A stretch of DNA of 64,000 nt from a virus (IMGVR_UViG_3300048599_000435:1-64000), one strand, 5' to 3'; counted from the stretch's first letter, positions 16,725 to 26,106 are shown. Notes: a model not told the origin generated them from the sequence alone. Made by a program: numbers and translations.

Positions 16725-19460
16725 GTGGCCGTGATCGAGGACCGAAAGTACCAGACCGACGCCCTCGACATGGTGTCGGCCGAGTGGCGGAAGGGCAAAA
16801 AGCGGGTCGTCCTCGTCATGCCCTGTGGGGCCGGCAAGGCGACGTGCGCGGCCCTGAGCGTGCGGAAGGCGGCGGCCAACGGCAAACGGTCGGTGATCCT
16901 CGTCCACCGGCGGAACCTCGTCAAGCAGTTGTGCGAGCGGATGGGCGAGTTCGGCATCCGGTACGCGCCGGTGATGAGCCAGATGCCGAAGGAGCCGTGG
17001 GCCGTCGCCGACCCGAACCCGCAGTGCTGGGTGTGCAGCAAGGACACGCTGATCTCGTGGATGGAGCACGGCCGGTGGGATCCCAGGATACAAGCCGATC
17101 TTTGTTTCACTGACGAGTGCGTCGTCGGCGAAACCAAGGTGATGACCGATGTTGGCGAAGTCAGGATTGACCAAGTGGAGGAACTGGGATGTCAGTACGT
17201 TCTGAGCCAGGGTCCGTACGGACCGAGAATGAAGAGGATTCTGCGATTCCTTCGGCAGGGGTCGAAGGCGTGCATGAAGATCGAGACGGTATCGGGACTG
17301 TCATTGACATGCACGCCGAACCACCCGGTGTGGACGCAGAGGGGATGGGTGGAAGCGGCTCAGATATCGACTACGGACCTGATACTCGCTACTGCCGATG
17401 CGGGTGCGGGGTTCGCGCGTGGAGGAACAAGTACAGAAGATACTACAACTTCCTGCCTGGGCACAAGCGGCCAAGGACCGATGAGCAGAAGGCTGCCAAG
17501 CTCGTCAAGATACGCGCCCAGTACGACGCCCTGTGCGCCGAAGAGAGATACTGTGAGTGCGGGTGCGGCGGCCGGCTCAGCATCGTCGGCGGGACGTTCG
17601 AGGCGTACTTGCGAATGCGAAAGGGGTATTACGCTCGGTACTTGCCGTTGCATCAGAACAGGCCGAAGAACTGGCAGTTGGTTCTCACCGAGTCCGAGAG
17701 ATCTGCGATTCTCGGTACTCTCATCGGCGACGGAAGTCTCGTGTGGCCGCATGGAACTAGTGAGTCGCCCCGACTGGCATTTAATCACTCCGTCAAGCAG
17801 AGGGAGTGGGTCGATCACAAGGTGTCGGTGCTATCCAGACTCGACTTTACGGTTCGAGAGTTCTCAAACGAGGCCGGGTACGGTGGGCCGATCATCGGAT
17901 CGGCATCGTCTTGCCTGCCATGCCTCGTGCCTCTGTACGATATGTGCTATCGGGACGGCAAAAAGTGTGTCACCGAACAGTGGCTCGATGCACTCGGGCC
18001 GATCGGCATGGCCTGGTGGATCGGTGACGATGGCAGTTGTGCCGTCAGTGGGATGCAGTTGCACACCGAGGGTTTTCACCCCGACCAGGTCGAACTCATT
18101 GCCGAATGGATCGGCAAGAAGTACGGCTCGTGCCGGGTCAATCTGGCCAAGAAGAAGGACGGAAGGCAGTACCGGACTATCTATATGCGGGCCGAGTCGA
18201 AACGGGCAATTTACCACGCCGTGCGAGACTTCGTGCCCAAGTGCATGGAGTACAAGCTGGCAGCGTGTGTCAAAAGTATCAAGTGCGGAAGACGGCCTCA
18301 CTTACGACATAGAAGTTGAGGAAGACCACAACTTCTACGCCAGCGGGATTCTGGTTCACAACTGTCATAGAGGGGACCAGCAGAAATATTCACAACTGTT
18401 AAAATCTTGTCCGGCCCAGTACCACCTCGGGCTGACGGCGACGCCGGTGCGGCCGGACGGGTCGGGCCTCGGGTCGAAGAACTGGGACTCGCTGGTGGTC
18501 GGGGCGACGCTGAAGGGTCTGATCGCGGACGGGCGGCTGGTGCCGGCGCGGATTTACGAGCCGCCGGGACTCAGGAAGCGTCGCCTTGAGGGCGGCAAGG
18601 TGAAGCCGTCGGGCGACCCGATCGAGTTCTGGATGAGGTACGCGAGGGGAAAGCGGACGATCGCGTTCCTGCCCAGCGTGGCGACGGCGAACGACCTGGC
18701 CGACAGGTTCCGGGCGGCCGGCGTGCCGTCGGCGGTGCTGAGTGCCAAGTCGGAGGACGAGGAGCGGACGGCCGTGTTGGCGAAGCTGAAGGCCGGCGAG
18801 GTGATGTGGCTGGCGAACGTCGATCTGTTCACGGAGGGGATGGACTGCCCGGAGATCGAGGCGTGTCAGATCATGCGGAAGTGGGACTCGCTGTGGGCGC
18901 TCATCCAGGGTGCCGGACGGGCGTTCCGGACCGCCCCGTGGGTCGGCAAGACGGAGGCGGTGATCCTCGACCACACGGCGGCCACCAGTTTCCACGGCTA
19001 CCCGGCGGTCGAGCCGGACTGGCGGCTGGACGAGTCGGGGGCCGAGTTCGCGGCCCGGCACCGGGCCAAGGTGGAGCGGGAGTTAAAGGATCCGGCCGAC
19101 TGTAGACGGTGCGGGGCGGTGTTCGCGGGGACGAAGAAGTGTCCGTACTGCGGGGAGCCGATCCCGGTGAGCAATAAAAAAGTGGCTCTGGAGTTCGACA
19201 CCGAGGGGCTGGCCCCGGCCGGCGCGAAGGCGGCCAAGGCGGTCAGCAAGGAGCAGAAGGCGTGGGACCGAATTCTGTGGTGGGCGCGGCACCGGGGGAT
19301 GAGTTGCGGGGCCGCGTTCATGCGGTTCAAGCGGGACACGAAGAAGACGCCGCAGGAGGCGGGGGTGCGGCCCCTGTTCGGCTTCCAGCAGCGGGACGTG
19401 CCGGTGGGGGAGGCGGAGGAGGCCATGCGGGCACCGTCGCGGACATCGTGGCGCGGATGA
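16725..19460 (+). CDS. SF2 DEAD/DEAH-box helicase precursor, interrupted by an intein in motif II
   Basis: PCGAGKAT (motif I), FTDE|C..HN|CH (motif II), LGLTATP, QGAGRAFR, C-terminal CRRCG..CPYCG. Confidence 0.8.
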   Translation: MAVIEDRKYQTDALDMVSAEWRKGKKRVVLVMPCGAGKATCAALSVRKAAANGKRSVILVHRRNLVKQLCERMGEFGIRYAPVMSQMPKEPWAVADPNPQCWVCSKDTLISWMEHGRWDPRIQADLCFTDECVVGETKVMTDVGEVRIDQVEELGCQYVLSQGPYGPRMKRILRFLRQGSKACMKIETVSGLSLTCTPNHPVWTQRGWVEAAQISTTDLILATADAGAGFARGGTSTEDTTTSCLGTSGQGPMSRRLPSSSRYAPSTTPCAPKRDTVSAGAAAGSASSAGRSRRTCECERGITLGTCRCIRTGRRTGSWFSPSPRDLRFSVLSSATEVSCGRMELVSRPDWHLITPSSRGSGSITRCRCYPDSTLRFESSQTRPGTVGRSSDRHRLACHASCLCTICAIGTAKSVSPNSGSMHSGRSAWPGGSVTMAVVPSVGCSCTPRVFTPTRSNSLPNGSARSTARAGSIWPRRRTEGSTGLSICGPSRNGQFTTPCETSCPSAWSTSWQRVSKVSSAEDGLTYDIEVEEDHNFYASGILVHNCHRGDQQKYSQLLKSCPAQYHLGLTATPVRPDGSGLGSKNWDSLVVGATLKGLIADGRLVPARIYEPPGLRKRRLEGGKVKPSGDPIEFWMRYARGKRTIAFLPSVATANDLADRFRAAGVPSAVLSAKSEDEERTAVLAKLKAGEVMWLANVDLFTEGMDCPEIEACQIMRKWDSLWALIQGAGRAFRTAPWVGKTEAVILDHTAATSFHGYPAVEPDWRLDESGAEFAARHRAKVERELKDPADCRRCGAVFAGTKKCPYCGEPIPVSNKKVALEFDTEGLAPAGAKAAKAVSKEQKAWDRILWWARHRGMSCGAAFMRFKRDTKKTPQEAGVRPLFGFQQRDVPVGEAEEAMRAPSRTSWRG
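17118..18362 (+). mobile_element. intein (415 codons) inserted in the helicase DExH box
   Basis: Block A CVVGETKVMT, block B TCTPNHPVWT, blocks F/G LTYDIEVEEDHNFYASGILVHN followed by the +1 Cys. Confidence 0.75.
17345..18319 (+). CDS. LAGLIDADG homing endonuclease domain/ORF in an alternative frame inside the intein
   Basis: The frame of ORF 17189..18319 has LAGLIDADG motifs ILGTLIGDGSL and AWWIGDDGS, two CxCGCG..GH repeats, and G/C-rich third codon positions. Start is uncertain. Confidence 0.6.
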   Translation: MGGSGSDIDYGPDTRYCRCGCGVRAWRNKYRRYYNFLPGHKRPRTDEQKAAKLVKIRAQYDALCAEERYCECGCGGRLSIVGGTFEAYLRMRKGYYARYLPLHQNRPKNWQLVLTESERSAILGTLIGDGSLVWPHGTSESPRLAFNHSVKQREWVDHKVSVLSRLDFTVREFSNEAGYGGPIIGSASSCLPCLVPLYDMCYRDGKKCVTEQWLDALGPIGMAWWIGDDGSCAVSGMQLHTEGFHPDQVELIAEWIGKKYGSCRVNLAKKKDGRQYRTIYMRAESKRAIYHAVRDFVPKCMEYKLAACVKSIKCGRRPHLRHRS

Positions 19461-19783
19461 CGGCGGCCGGGTTCCGGCTGGAGGAGACGGGTCGCGGGGT
19501 GAAGTTCGTCCGCACGGTGGCCGGGCCGACGTCGCTGACGCCCGAGTTGACGGCCGCCCTGCGGGCCTGTGCGGCGATGGTGAAGTCGATCCAGGCGGGC
19601 GACGTGGACGCGGTCCCGGCGGCGTGCCGGTGCGACACGAAGTGTTTCCGGTGCGGCGGCCTGGTGACCTGGCAGGCGTTCGCCGAGGGCGTCCCGGACC
19701 GCGTCTGTGGGGGGACTGACGATGGCCCGTGCCCGTTCCGCGAGGGTTACGCGAGAGATTCCCGAGCGGGTGACGGCGGGTAG
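19457..19783 (+). CDS. hypothetical Cys-rich protein
   Basis: Its ATG overlaps the helicase stop (ATGA). Confidence 0.45.
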   Translation: MTAAGFRLEETGRGVKFVRTVAGPTSLTPELTAALRACAAMVKSIQAGDVDAVPAACRCDTKCFRCGGLVTWQAFAEGVPDRVCGGTDDGPCPFREGYARDSRAGDGG

Positions 19784-20636
19784 GCCGTGCCCGCTGTGCG
19801 GCCGGGTCCGCTGGTGCTGCTACTACTCCAACGGCGACGTCCTGTGTACCAGCCTGTGGTCCGACCGGCCGGCGTCGACGGGGTGGATCCACAAGGCGCG
19901 AACGGGAAAGGAGTCGGACATGTCGGACCGGCGGGCGGCGGAGGCGGACGAGCGGCGGCGGGTGGGCGCGATGATCCGGGCCGGCATCAAGGGCACCCGC
20001 GACTCGGACCTGGACGGGCTGGCCGGATCGCTCGGGTTGCCGGCGGCGGCCGTGTACGGCCTCGACGGGGTGTTCCTCGGGTCGGACAAGGGCGGTCAGT
20101 ACTTCGGTTTTCCGATGCGGTCGCCGGACCCGTCGGCGGACGGCTCCTGGGGGTGGTGCGGGTTCTCGCGGCGGTACGGGCGTGAGAAGAAGACGCTCGG
20201 CCGGGCGGGCCTGTTCCTGCCGGTGGCGCAGCCGGCCGGGCAGGTGCTGTACGTCGTGGAGGGGGCGAGTGACGTGGCGGCGATGGTCCACGCCGGATTG
20301 CCGGCGGTCGGTAGGCCGTCGAACATCGCCGGGTCGGAGTTGATCGACCTGTACGTCCGCACGCACCCCGATGGGTCGGGCCGCAAGGTGGTGGTGGTGG
20401 TGGCCGAGAACGACGAGAAGCCGTCGGGCTTGGCACCTGGGCTGTCCGGCGCGGTGGCGGTGGCCGACCGGGTGCGGGCCAGTCTGGCGTTTCACAAGGT
20501 GCCGCTGCCGGTATTCGTGCGGCGGATGCCGGGGGTGGTGAAAGACCCCAGGGAGTGGTTCAAGCATAATGGGTTCAACGAGGTGTCCGTCCGGTCGCTG
20601 GTGAGCAGCCTGACTTCGGCGATCAAACTCAGTTGA
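19722..20636 (+). CDS. Toprim domain protein (primase-like) with N-terminal zinc motif
   Basis: CPLCG..C, YVVEGASDVAAM, VVVVAENDEK..G..GA. Confidence 0.55.
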   Translation: MARARSARVTREIPERVTAGRPCPLCGRVRWCCYYSNGDVLCTSLWSDRPASTGWIHKARTGKESDMSDRRAAEADERRRVGAMIRAGIKGTRDSDLDGLAGSLGLPAAAVYGLDGVFLGSDKGGQYFGFPMRSPDPSADGSWGWCGFSRRYGREKKTLGRAGLFLPVAQPAGQVLYVVEGASDVAAMVHAGLPAVGRPSNIAGSELIDLYVRTHPDGSGRKVVVVVAENDEKPSGLAPGLSGAVAVADRVRASLAFHKVPLPVFVRRMPGVVKDPREWFKHNGFNEVSVRSLVSSLTSAIKLS

Positions 20637-20643
20637 GGCAGAC

Positions 20644-21039
20644 ATGAGGCACGAGTTTCAGTGCCGGCCGGCGGACGAGTCGTACCGGGACGGGTCGAAC
20701 ACGGAAACGGTCGTCGTCACCGTGAGCGATCATTTCGCGGTGACGGTGGCCGCCGCCGTGGCCGCCGAGGACTTCTGGTCCGCCCGGTGTCACCGTCGGG
20801 CCGAGTATTTCGACGCGGACGTGCAGGTTCTGGTCGGCGACCGGTGGCACACGTTCGAGGTGCTGGTCCGCAGCGAGCCGACGTTCCACGCGAGGGTCAA
20901 GAAGGGCGTCCCGCCGGAGTGGAAGGACGTGTCCTGCGAGCAGTGCGGTGATCCGTTCAAGGCCGGGACGACGGCGATCATCTGTCCGAGGTGCGAAGAG
21001 AACATTCGACTCGAAAGGGAGGGAGAAGATGGACAGTGA
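20644..21039 (+). CDS. hypothetical protein with C-terminal zinc ribbon
   Basis: CEQCG..CPRC. Confidence 0.5.
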   Translation: MRHEFQCRPADESYRDGSNTETVVVTVSDHFAVTVAAAVAAEDFWSARCHRRAEYFDADVQVLVGDRWHTFEVLVRSEPTFHARVKKGVPPEWKDVSCEQCGDPFKAGTTAIICPRCEENIRLEREGEDGQ

Positions 21040-21361
21040 AGTGGCAGAGGCCGGCCACCCGCCGACGAGCGTGGAGTGGTCGGTGGACCTCGACCGGTTC
21101 GAGGTGTTCCGGCTGGACGTGGAGTTGATCCGGCAGGTGCAGAACGGGTTCCAAATATCGGTCGGGCAGACGGGCGGGAAGGGGTACTCGCTCATCCGGA
21201 CGGCGATGATCCGTCGGGGCAGTCGGTCGCGGATGTTCTGGGTGGCCAAGAATAAAACGGCGTGCGTGGTCCTGTGCCGCGATGACATCGCCAATCTGGC
21301 GGCCGGCCAGGCGCTGGTGTTCGAGGGCGACGGGGCCGTATTCGTACTGGGGGGCAGGTGA
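21029..21361 (+). CDS. hypothetical protein
   Basis: Trimmed to the ATG at 21029, after GGGAGGGAG. Confidence 0.5.
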   Translation: MDSEVAEAGHPPTSVEWSVDLDRFEVFRLDVELIRQVQNGFQISVGQTGGKGYSLIRTAMIRRGSRSRMFWVAKNKTACVVLCRDDIANLAAGQALVFEGDGAVFVLGGR

Positions 21362-21921
21362 TGGGACGCGAGGTGAAGATGGTGCCTCCGAACTGGGAGC
21401 ACCCGAAGCTGAACGTTTTCCGGCCGTTCCCGAACATGCGGTACGAGTCGGAGTACGTTCCGATGTACGACCGCTCGCTGGAGAAGGCGTGGCTGGACTG
21501 GCAGGCGGAGTACGCGAAGTGGGTCGATGTGGGGCACGACGAAGTGATCGCCGAGATGGCCGAGTCGGGTCGGGCCGGCGAGTACCCCAAGTCGGAGCCG
21601 TACCGGTCTTTCTGCAAGTGGCACGGGCCACCCCCGAACCCACACCGATACCGGCCGGAGTGGCGGGACGAGGACCGGACGTGGTATCAGGTCTGGTCGA
21701 CCGTGTCGGAGGGGACGCCCGTAACGCCGCCGTTCGCCACCGAAGGCGAACTGATCGACTACCTCACCACGCGCGGCGACTTCCGGGACCGGGCGGAGGC
21801 CGAACGGTTCGTGAAGGGGCGGTGGGCACCGAGCATGGTAGTGACGGCCACTCCGGCCGGGTCTACCGTCGAGTTTCCGCGTGACGTCGGACTTTTCAAG
21901 GGGGAAGACGATGCCGAGTGA
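21361..21921 (+). CDS. hypothetical protein
   Basis: TGATG overlap with the upstream gene; Trp-rich, balanced composition. Confidence 0.55.
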   Translation: MGREVKMVPPNWEHPKLNVFRPFPNMRYESEYVPMYDRSLEKAWLDWQAEYAKWVDVGHDEVIAEMAESGRAGEYPKSEPYRSFCKWHGPPPNPHRYRPEWRDEDRTWYQVWSTVSEGTPVTPPFATEGELIDYLTTRGDFRDRAEAERFVKGRWAPSMVVTATPAGSTVEFPRDVGLFKGEDDAE

Positions 21922-22888
21922 CGCCATCGACTGTCTGATCACACACAAGGACTGTGCCGACGGGTTCTGCTGCTTCTGGCAGGTGAAAAAGGCGTTCCCG
22001 GACGTGGAAGTGCTGTTCGCCAACTACGGCGACCTGCTGCCGGACGCGGGTTGGTACGACGGGAAGCGAGTCCTGATCGCCGACTTCAGTTACCCGCCTG
22101 AGCAGATGGCGGTGATCGCCGCGAAGGCCAAGTCGGTGGTCTGCCTTGACCATCATCGCTCTGCCATTCGCAAGTGGGACGGTCAGTCGGTCGTGCTGGC
22201 CGCCGATGGGGCACCGGACGGGTACGGCAGGTGGAGCACGAACGTGGAGTGGCGGTTCGACGAGAAGAAGTCGGGGGCGATGCTGGTGTGGGAGTGTCTG
22301 AACCAGGACAAGAAGGACCAGCCACGGCTGGTCCCGTGGCTGGTGAGGTTCGTTCAAGATCGAGATTTGTGGAAATGGGAACTGCCAGACTCGCGGGCGA
22401 TCAGCGCGTACATCGCGTCGGTGCCGAAGACGATGGAGGCGTGGGACGCTCTTGATGTCGAGTTCCAGACGGAAGATGGGCTGAAAGCGGCAGCCAAAAT
22501 CGGCGGTGCCATCCTGCGGACGAACGAGCAGTACATCGATGGCATCGTGATAAAGTCGTCCTACTGGTCTTTCGCCGAAGGTGAAATGGTTTCGATCATG
22601 AACACCACGCACTTGTACTCGGAGGTCGGCGAGCGGATGTCGAAAGGGGTTCCGTTCAGCGTGACCTACTGGGACGACAGGCAGCGTGGCGTCCGTAAGT
22701 GGTCGCTGCGGTCGCAGAAGGACGGCGGCACGGACGTGTCGATGGTGGCCGAGCAGTTGGGGGGCGGTGGCCATCCGAACGCTGCCGGGTTCCAGTCGTC
22801 GGTCGGCGAGCCGTTCGAGGCGACGATGTATAGGGTCGGCGAGGCGTACAAGTCAGTCAAGTCAGGCAAGAAACCGGGAGGGGAGTGA
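21911..22888 (+). CDS. DHH family phosphoesterase (RecJ/NrnA-like)
   Basis: DCADG, LIADFS, CLDHH and DHHA1-type GGGGHPNAAGF motifs. Confidence 0.8.
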   Translation: MPSDAIDCLITHKDCADGFCCFWQVKKAFPDVEVLFANYGDLLPDAGWYDGKRVLIADFSYPPEQMAVIAAKAKSVVCLDHHRSAIRKWDGQSVVLAADGAPDGYGRWSTNVEWRFDEKKSGAMLVWECLNQDKKDQPRLVPWLVRFVQDRDLWKWELPDSRAISAYIASVPKTMEAWDALDVEFQTEDGLKAAAKIGGAILRTNEQYIDGIVIKSSYWSFAEGEMVSIMNTTHLYSEVGERMSKGVPFSVTYWDDRQRGVRKWSLRSQKDGGTDVSMVAEQLGGGGHPNAAGFQSSVGEPFEATMYRVGEAYKSVKSGKKPGGE

Positions 22889-23964
22889 TGGGATTCCTGA
22901 AGGGGGCGGTGACGTGCCGGCGGTACACTGTCGAGGGTGGCGAGTTGGCGGGCGACGTGGACCTGTCGGAGATGGTCCAGAAACTGTCCAAGCGGTCGTT
23001 CCACAAGCCGATCTCGCTGGAGGCGGACGGCGGGTATCCGCACTACGGGTGGTGCGGGAACGCGGACCCGGCGGACGACCGGTTCGATGGCGAGTTGATG
23101 GTGCGGGGGCCGTTCGTCTGCTTCTCGCTGCGGGTGACGAAGCTGGTCATCCCGCAGGCGGAGGTGGCGGCGCGTGCCCGGCAGGAGTTGGAGGCGATGG
23201 CCCTGGGTCGGCCGGCCCGGCCGCAGGACCGGCGGGACGCGGCCAGGATCGCCAAGGAGGCGATGGCCGAGGAGGCGCGGGCGACCGGCAAGTGGCTGAA
23301 GAAGGCGGTCGTCCCGTGCTGCTACGATTCGGAGCGGCGTCACCTGTGGCTGGGCACGCACTCGCACTCGGTCGAGGCCGGGTTCGCGGCCCTGGTCATG
23401 GACTCGTTCGGGTCGGCGGTCAAGGTGATCGACCTGGTGTCGAACTTCGGCGAGGCGTGTCCGCCGGGGCCGGTGGCCGACTGGCTGGGGGACGCGGAGG
23501 CGGCGAACGGGTGGGGGAACGTGTGGGCGGCGGAGGCGGTCCGGCGGGGGGCCGACGAGTCGGTGCCGCTGGACACGTCGTTCGACTGGCCGAGCGAAGG
23601 GGCGGTCGTGAAGCTGGTGCCGAGGCGGACGCTGACGGTGCGGTGCCCGCTGGGGCAGAAGGGGCTGGACCGGTTCGACCACGAGTTGCCGTACCAGGTG
23701 CCGGAGTTGACCGACGCCTTCCGCGACGGCAAGCGGCCGACGGTGATGGGACTGGACTTCTCGGGCGATCTGGGCACCGGCGAGGACGTGCTGGTCCCGT
23801 TCTCGTTCGTCCCGCACCTGCTGGCCGTGTCGGCGGCCGGGATCCCGAAGTCGGACGCCAAGTCGAGGGCGGAGGGCGAGTTGGACCGGCTGTACCGGAC
23901 GCGGCGGTTCCTCGATCTGGTCGACGGGGTGGTCGTCGGGTACGCCCGGAGGCATTTGTCGTAG
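22888..23964 (+). CDS. RdgC-like recombination-associated protein (tentative)
   Basis: Size, the N-terminal MGFLKGAVTCRRYTV pattern, and the recombination-gene context. Confidence 0.4.
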   Translation: MGFLKGAVTCRRYTVEGGELAGDVDLSEMVQKLSKRSFHKPISLEADGGYPHYGWCGNADPADDRFDGELMVRGPFVCFSLRVTKLVIPQAEVAARARQELEAMALGRPARPQDRRDAARIAKEAMAEEARATGKWLKKAVVPCCYDSERRHLWLGTHSHSVEAGFAALVMDSFGSAVKVIDLVSNFGEACPPGPVADWLGDAEAANGWGNVWAAEAVRRGADESVPLDTSFDWPSEGAVVKLVPRRTLTVRCPLGQKGLDRFDHELPYQVPELTDAFRDGKRPTVMGLDFSGDLGTGEDVLVPFSFVPHLLAVSAAGIPKSDAKSRAEGELDRLYRTRRFLDLVDGVVVGYARRHLS

Positions 23965-23965
23965 A

Positions 23966-24286
23966 ATGGCCAAAGCGGTGCTGCCCAAGTGTGTGAACGC
24001 CGAGTGCGGTCGGCCGGTGACACTGGACGGCCTCCGGGGACTGTGCGTCCACTGCTACGTCGATCCGGAGATTCGCGACCGGACGGCCGTCCGAGGTCTG
24101 CTGGCGGAGGGGAAGCCGAAGAAGGCGAAGGGGATGAAGAAGCCGAAGCGGAAGGAGAAGCCGCTGCCGCCGCCGACGGACGTGCCGCCGGGGCCGGACC
24201 GGGTGGAGGTGCTGGAGGCCAGGGTGAAGGGCGGGTATGCTTTATGGCACCCGCTGGACGCGACCGGCGACAGCCGGCAGTGGTAG
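23966..24286 (+). CDS. hypothetical zinc-ribbon/basic protein
   Basis: CVNAECG..CVHC followed by a Lys-rich linker. Confidence 0.5.
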   Translation: MAKAVLPKCVNAECGRPVTLDGLRGLCVHCYVDPEIRDRTAVRGLLAEGKPKKAKGMKKPKRKEKPLPPPTDVPPGPDRVEVLEARVKGGYALWHPLDATGDSRQW

Positions 24287-24423
24287 CCGGCCGTGCGGCC
24301 AAAGTCACGGACGCGGGATGTAAGGACCACGAGGCGGTTTTGATTAACCAGGCCGTGCTGGTAAAGTCACGGACGCAATTTGCGATGCATATGTTTTCCA
24401 GGCCGTGCTGGTCAAGACACGGA
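24287..24423 (+). promoter_or_regulatory. three tandem copies of the conserved 25-nt motif
   Basis: Copies at 24287-24311, 24348-24373 and 24398-24423 (GGCCGTGCKGG..AAGWCACGGA). Confidence 0.5.
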
Positions 24424-24439
24424 CCCAGGAGATGATGCC

Positions 24440-24598
24440 ATGCCGGCCGTAGACCGCGAGTACGACTTGAAGAAGCTGATGCGTCGGTGGGCAACGACCG
24501 GCAACGGGCACACCTGCTGTCTGGCTTGTCGGGGGCGGCGGTGGAAGCGGCACATGCCGCGATGCGACCGGTACAAAACCGAGAGAAAGGGGAGGTGA
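24440..24598 (+). CDS. small Cys-rich protein
   Basis: ATG lies 8 nt after AGGAG; contains CCLAC..C. Confidence 0.4.
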   Translation: MPAVDREYDLKKLMRRWATTGNGHTCCLACRGRRWKRHMPRCDRYKTERKGR

Positions 24599-24601
24599 GT
24601 T

Positions 24602-24970
24602 GTGGGTCATTTCATACTGGCCGACGACGGCGAGACGGCGATCCCGTGTGACGTGATGGAGTGGGCCGAGTGGGTGGGGTCTAGGACACCGGAGTCGGTC
24701 GGCGGCGGCGGCTGGAGTACGCGGACGGAGGTGCTTGGCCGCACCGTTTCGACGGTGTTTCTTGGCCTGAACCACGGGTTTGGGGGCGGACCGCCGCTGT
24801 TGTGGGAGACGATGGTGTTCGGCGGCGGGTCGTGGTCTGAGGAGTTTTACGAGAGGCACTCGACCAAGGCGGAGGCCCTGGCGTGTCACAGACGGGTGGT
24901 GGCGAGGTTGGAGGCGGAGTCCGATCCAGTCCCGACGGTCGTGGAGGTGGGCGGTGGCCAAGAAAGCTAA
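24602..24970 (+). CDS. hypothetical protein
   Basis: GTG start; 122-aa ORF of balanced composition. Confidence 0.5.
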   Translation: MGHFILADDGETAIPCDVMEWAEWVGSRTPESVGGGGWSTRTEVLGRTVSTVFLGLNHGFGGGPPLLWETMVFGGGSWSEEFYERHSTKAEALACHRRVVARLEAESDPVPTVVEVGGGQES

Positions 24971-25403
24971 AGAGCCGAGGCCGGCGGTGTCAGACCGGTT
25001 CCGCTCGGCGTGCCGGGTGCTAGCCTGGCAACTGAGCCAGCCGATGAAAGACGTGCTGGCCGCTATGGACGAATTCAAGTCGTCCATCGGGGTCGGCGTG
25101 GACGCGGCCGAGTGGGACGGGAGTCGAGAGATCCTGAAGGGGGTTGGCAACGGCTGGGACTTGATCAGTTGGTACATGGAAGAGTGCCTGCGGATTGCCA
25201 AACACGGGGAGGCGGAAAGTGGAACTGATCGACGTGCTGGGGAACGTGCCGAACCGGACGGTGCGGTGCCTAGACAAGGGGTCGGTGAGTCTGATCGACT
25301 GTATGCCGAGGATGGTGCCGGCGGACCAGAGGACGGCGGACTTTCGGGTGGCGGAGGCGGCGCGGGCGTCGTTCAACCGGTTCGAGCCGGCGGCGAAGAA
25401 TGA
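24954..25403 (+). CDS. hypothetical protein (extent uncertain)
   Basis: GTG at 24954. The 5' half looks coding, but the 3' half overlaps thyX and third-position G/C content drops there. Confidence 0.3.
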   Translation: MAKKAKEPRPAVSDRFRSACRVLAWQLSQPMKDVLAAMDEFKSSIGVGVDAAEWDGSREILKGVGNGWDLISWYMEECLRIAKHGEAESGTDRRAGERAEPDGAVPRQGVGESDRLYAEDGAGGPEDGGLSGGGGGAGVVQPVRAGGEE

Positions 25404-26106
25404 GGAACTGATCAGGTTCTTGATCCGGGAGAGGCACACGGTTCCGGTCGAGCACGTCAAGTTCACCTTTCACGCCAAGGCACCGGTGTACGTCGTCCGC
25501 CAGTGGGACAAGAACCGGACGGCCGCAAAGTCCGAGGCGAGCGGCAGATACGTCGAGTTCAAGGACGAGTTCCACGAGGTGACGGCCGAGCAGGTGCGGC
25601 GGCAGGCGACGGACAACAAGCAGGGCAGTGCCGGCGTGCTGGGCGGCGACGTGGCCGAGGAGTTCGCGGCCCGCAGCCGGATGGGGCCGATGCTGGCGCA
25701 CGAGCACTACACCGTCCACGTCCGTGACGGTGTGGCGAAGGAGCAGGCGAGGATGCTGCTCACGCTGAACCTATACACTCAGTTCTACTGGACGATCGAC
25801 CTACACAACCTGTTGAACCACTTCCTGGCGCTGCGGTGCGACGGCCACGCCCAGGAGGAGATCCGGGTGTACGCGAACGCGGTGCTGGACCTGATCCGGC
25901 CGATCGTGCCCGCGACCGTCGGGGCGTGGGAGGACTACCACCCGCTGCGGGGCGGGTTGCTGTTGAGCCGGATGGAGGTGGAGCACCTGAAGGCGATGCT
26001 GGGGTCGTCGGGTCTGTCAAGCGGTGATCTGGCTGGCGTCGGAAAGCGTGAAAACGGCGAGTGGCTGGCCAAGGCGACCCGGATCGGCCTTCGTGGAGGT
26101 GAGTGA
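25219..26106 (+). CDS. thyX: FAD-dependent thymidylate synthase ThyX
   Basis: ThyX signature region VVRQWDKNRTAAKSEASGRYV and a C-terminal ARMLL..LRCDGHAQEEIR block. GTG start after GGAGG. Confidence 0.8.
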   Translation: MELIDVLGNVPNRTVRCLDKGSVSLIDCMPRMVPADQRTADFRVAEAARASFNRFEPAAKNEELIRFLIRERHTVPVEHVKFTFHAKAPVYVVRQWDKNRTAAKSEASGRYVEFKDEFHEVTAEQVRRQATDNKQGSAGVLGGDVAEEFAARSRMGPMLAHEHYTVHVRDGVAKEQARMLLTLNLYTQFYWTIDLHNLLNHFLALRCDGHAQEEIRVYANAVLDLIRPIVPATVGAWEDYHPLRGGLLLSRMEVEHLKAMLGSSGLSSGDLAGVGKRENGEWLAKATRIGLRGGE

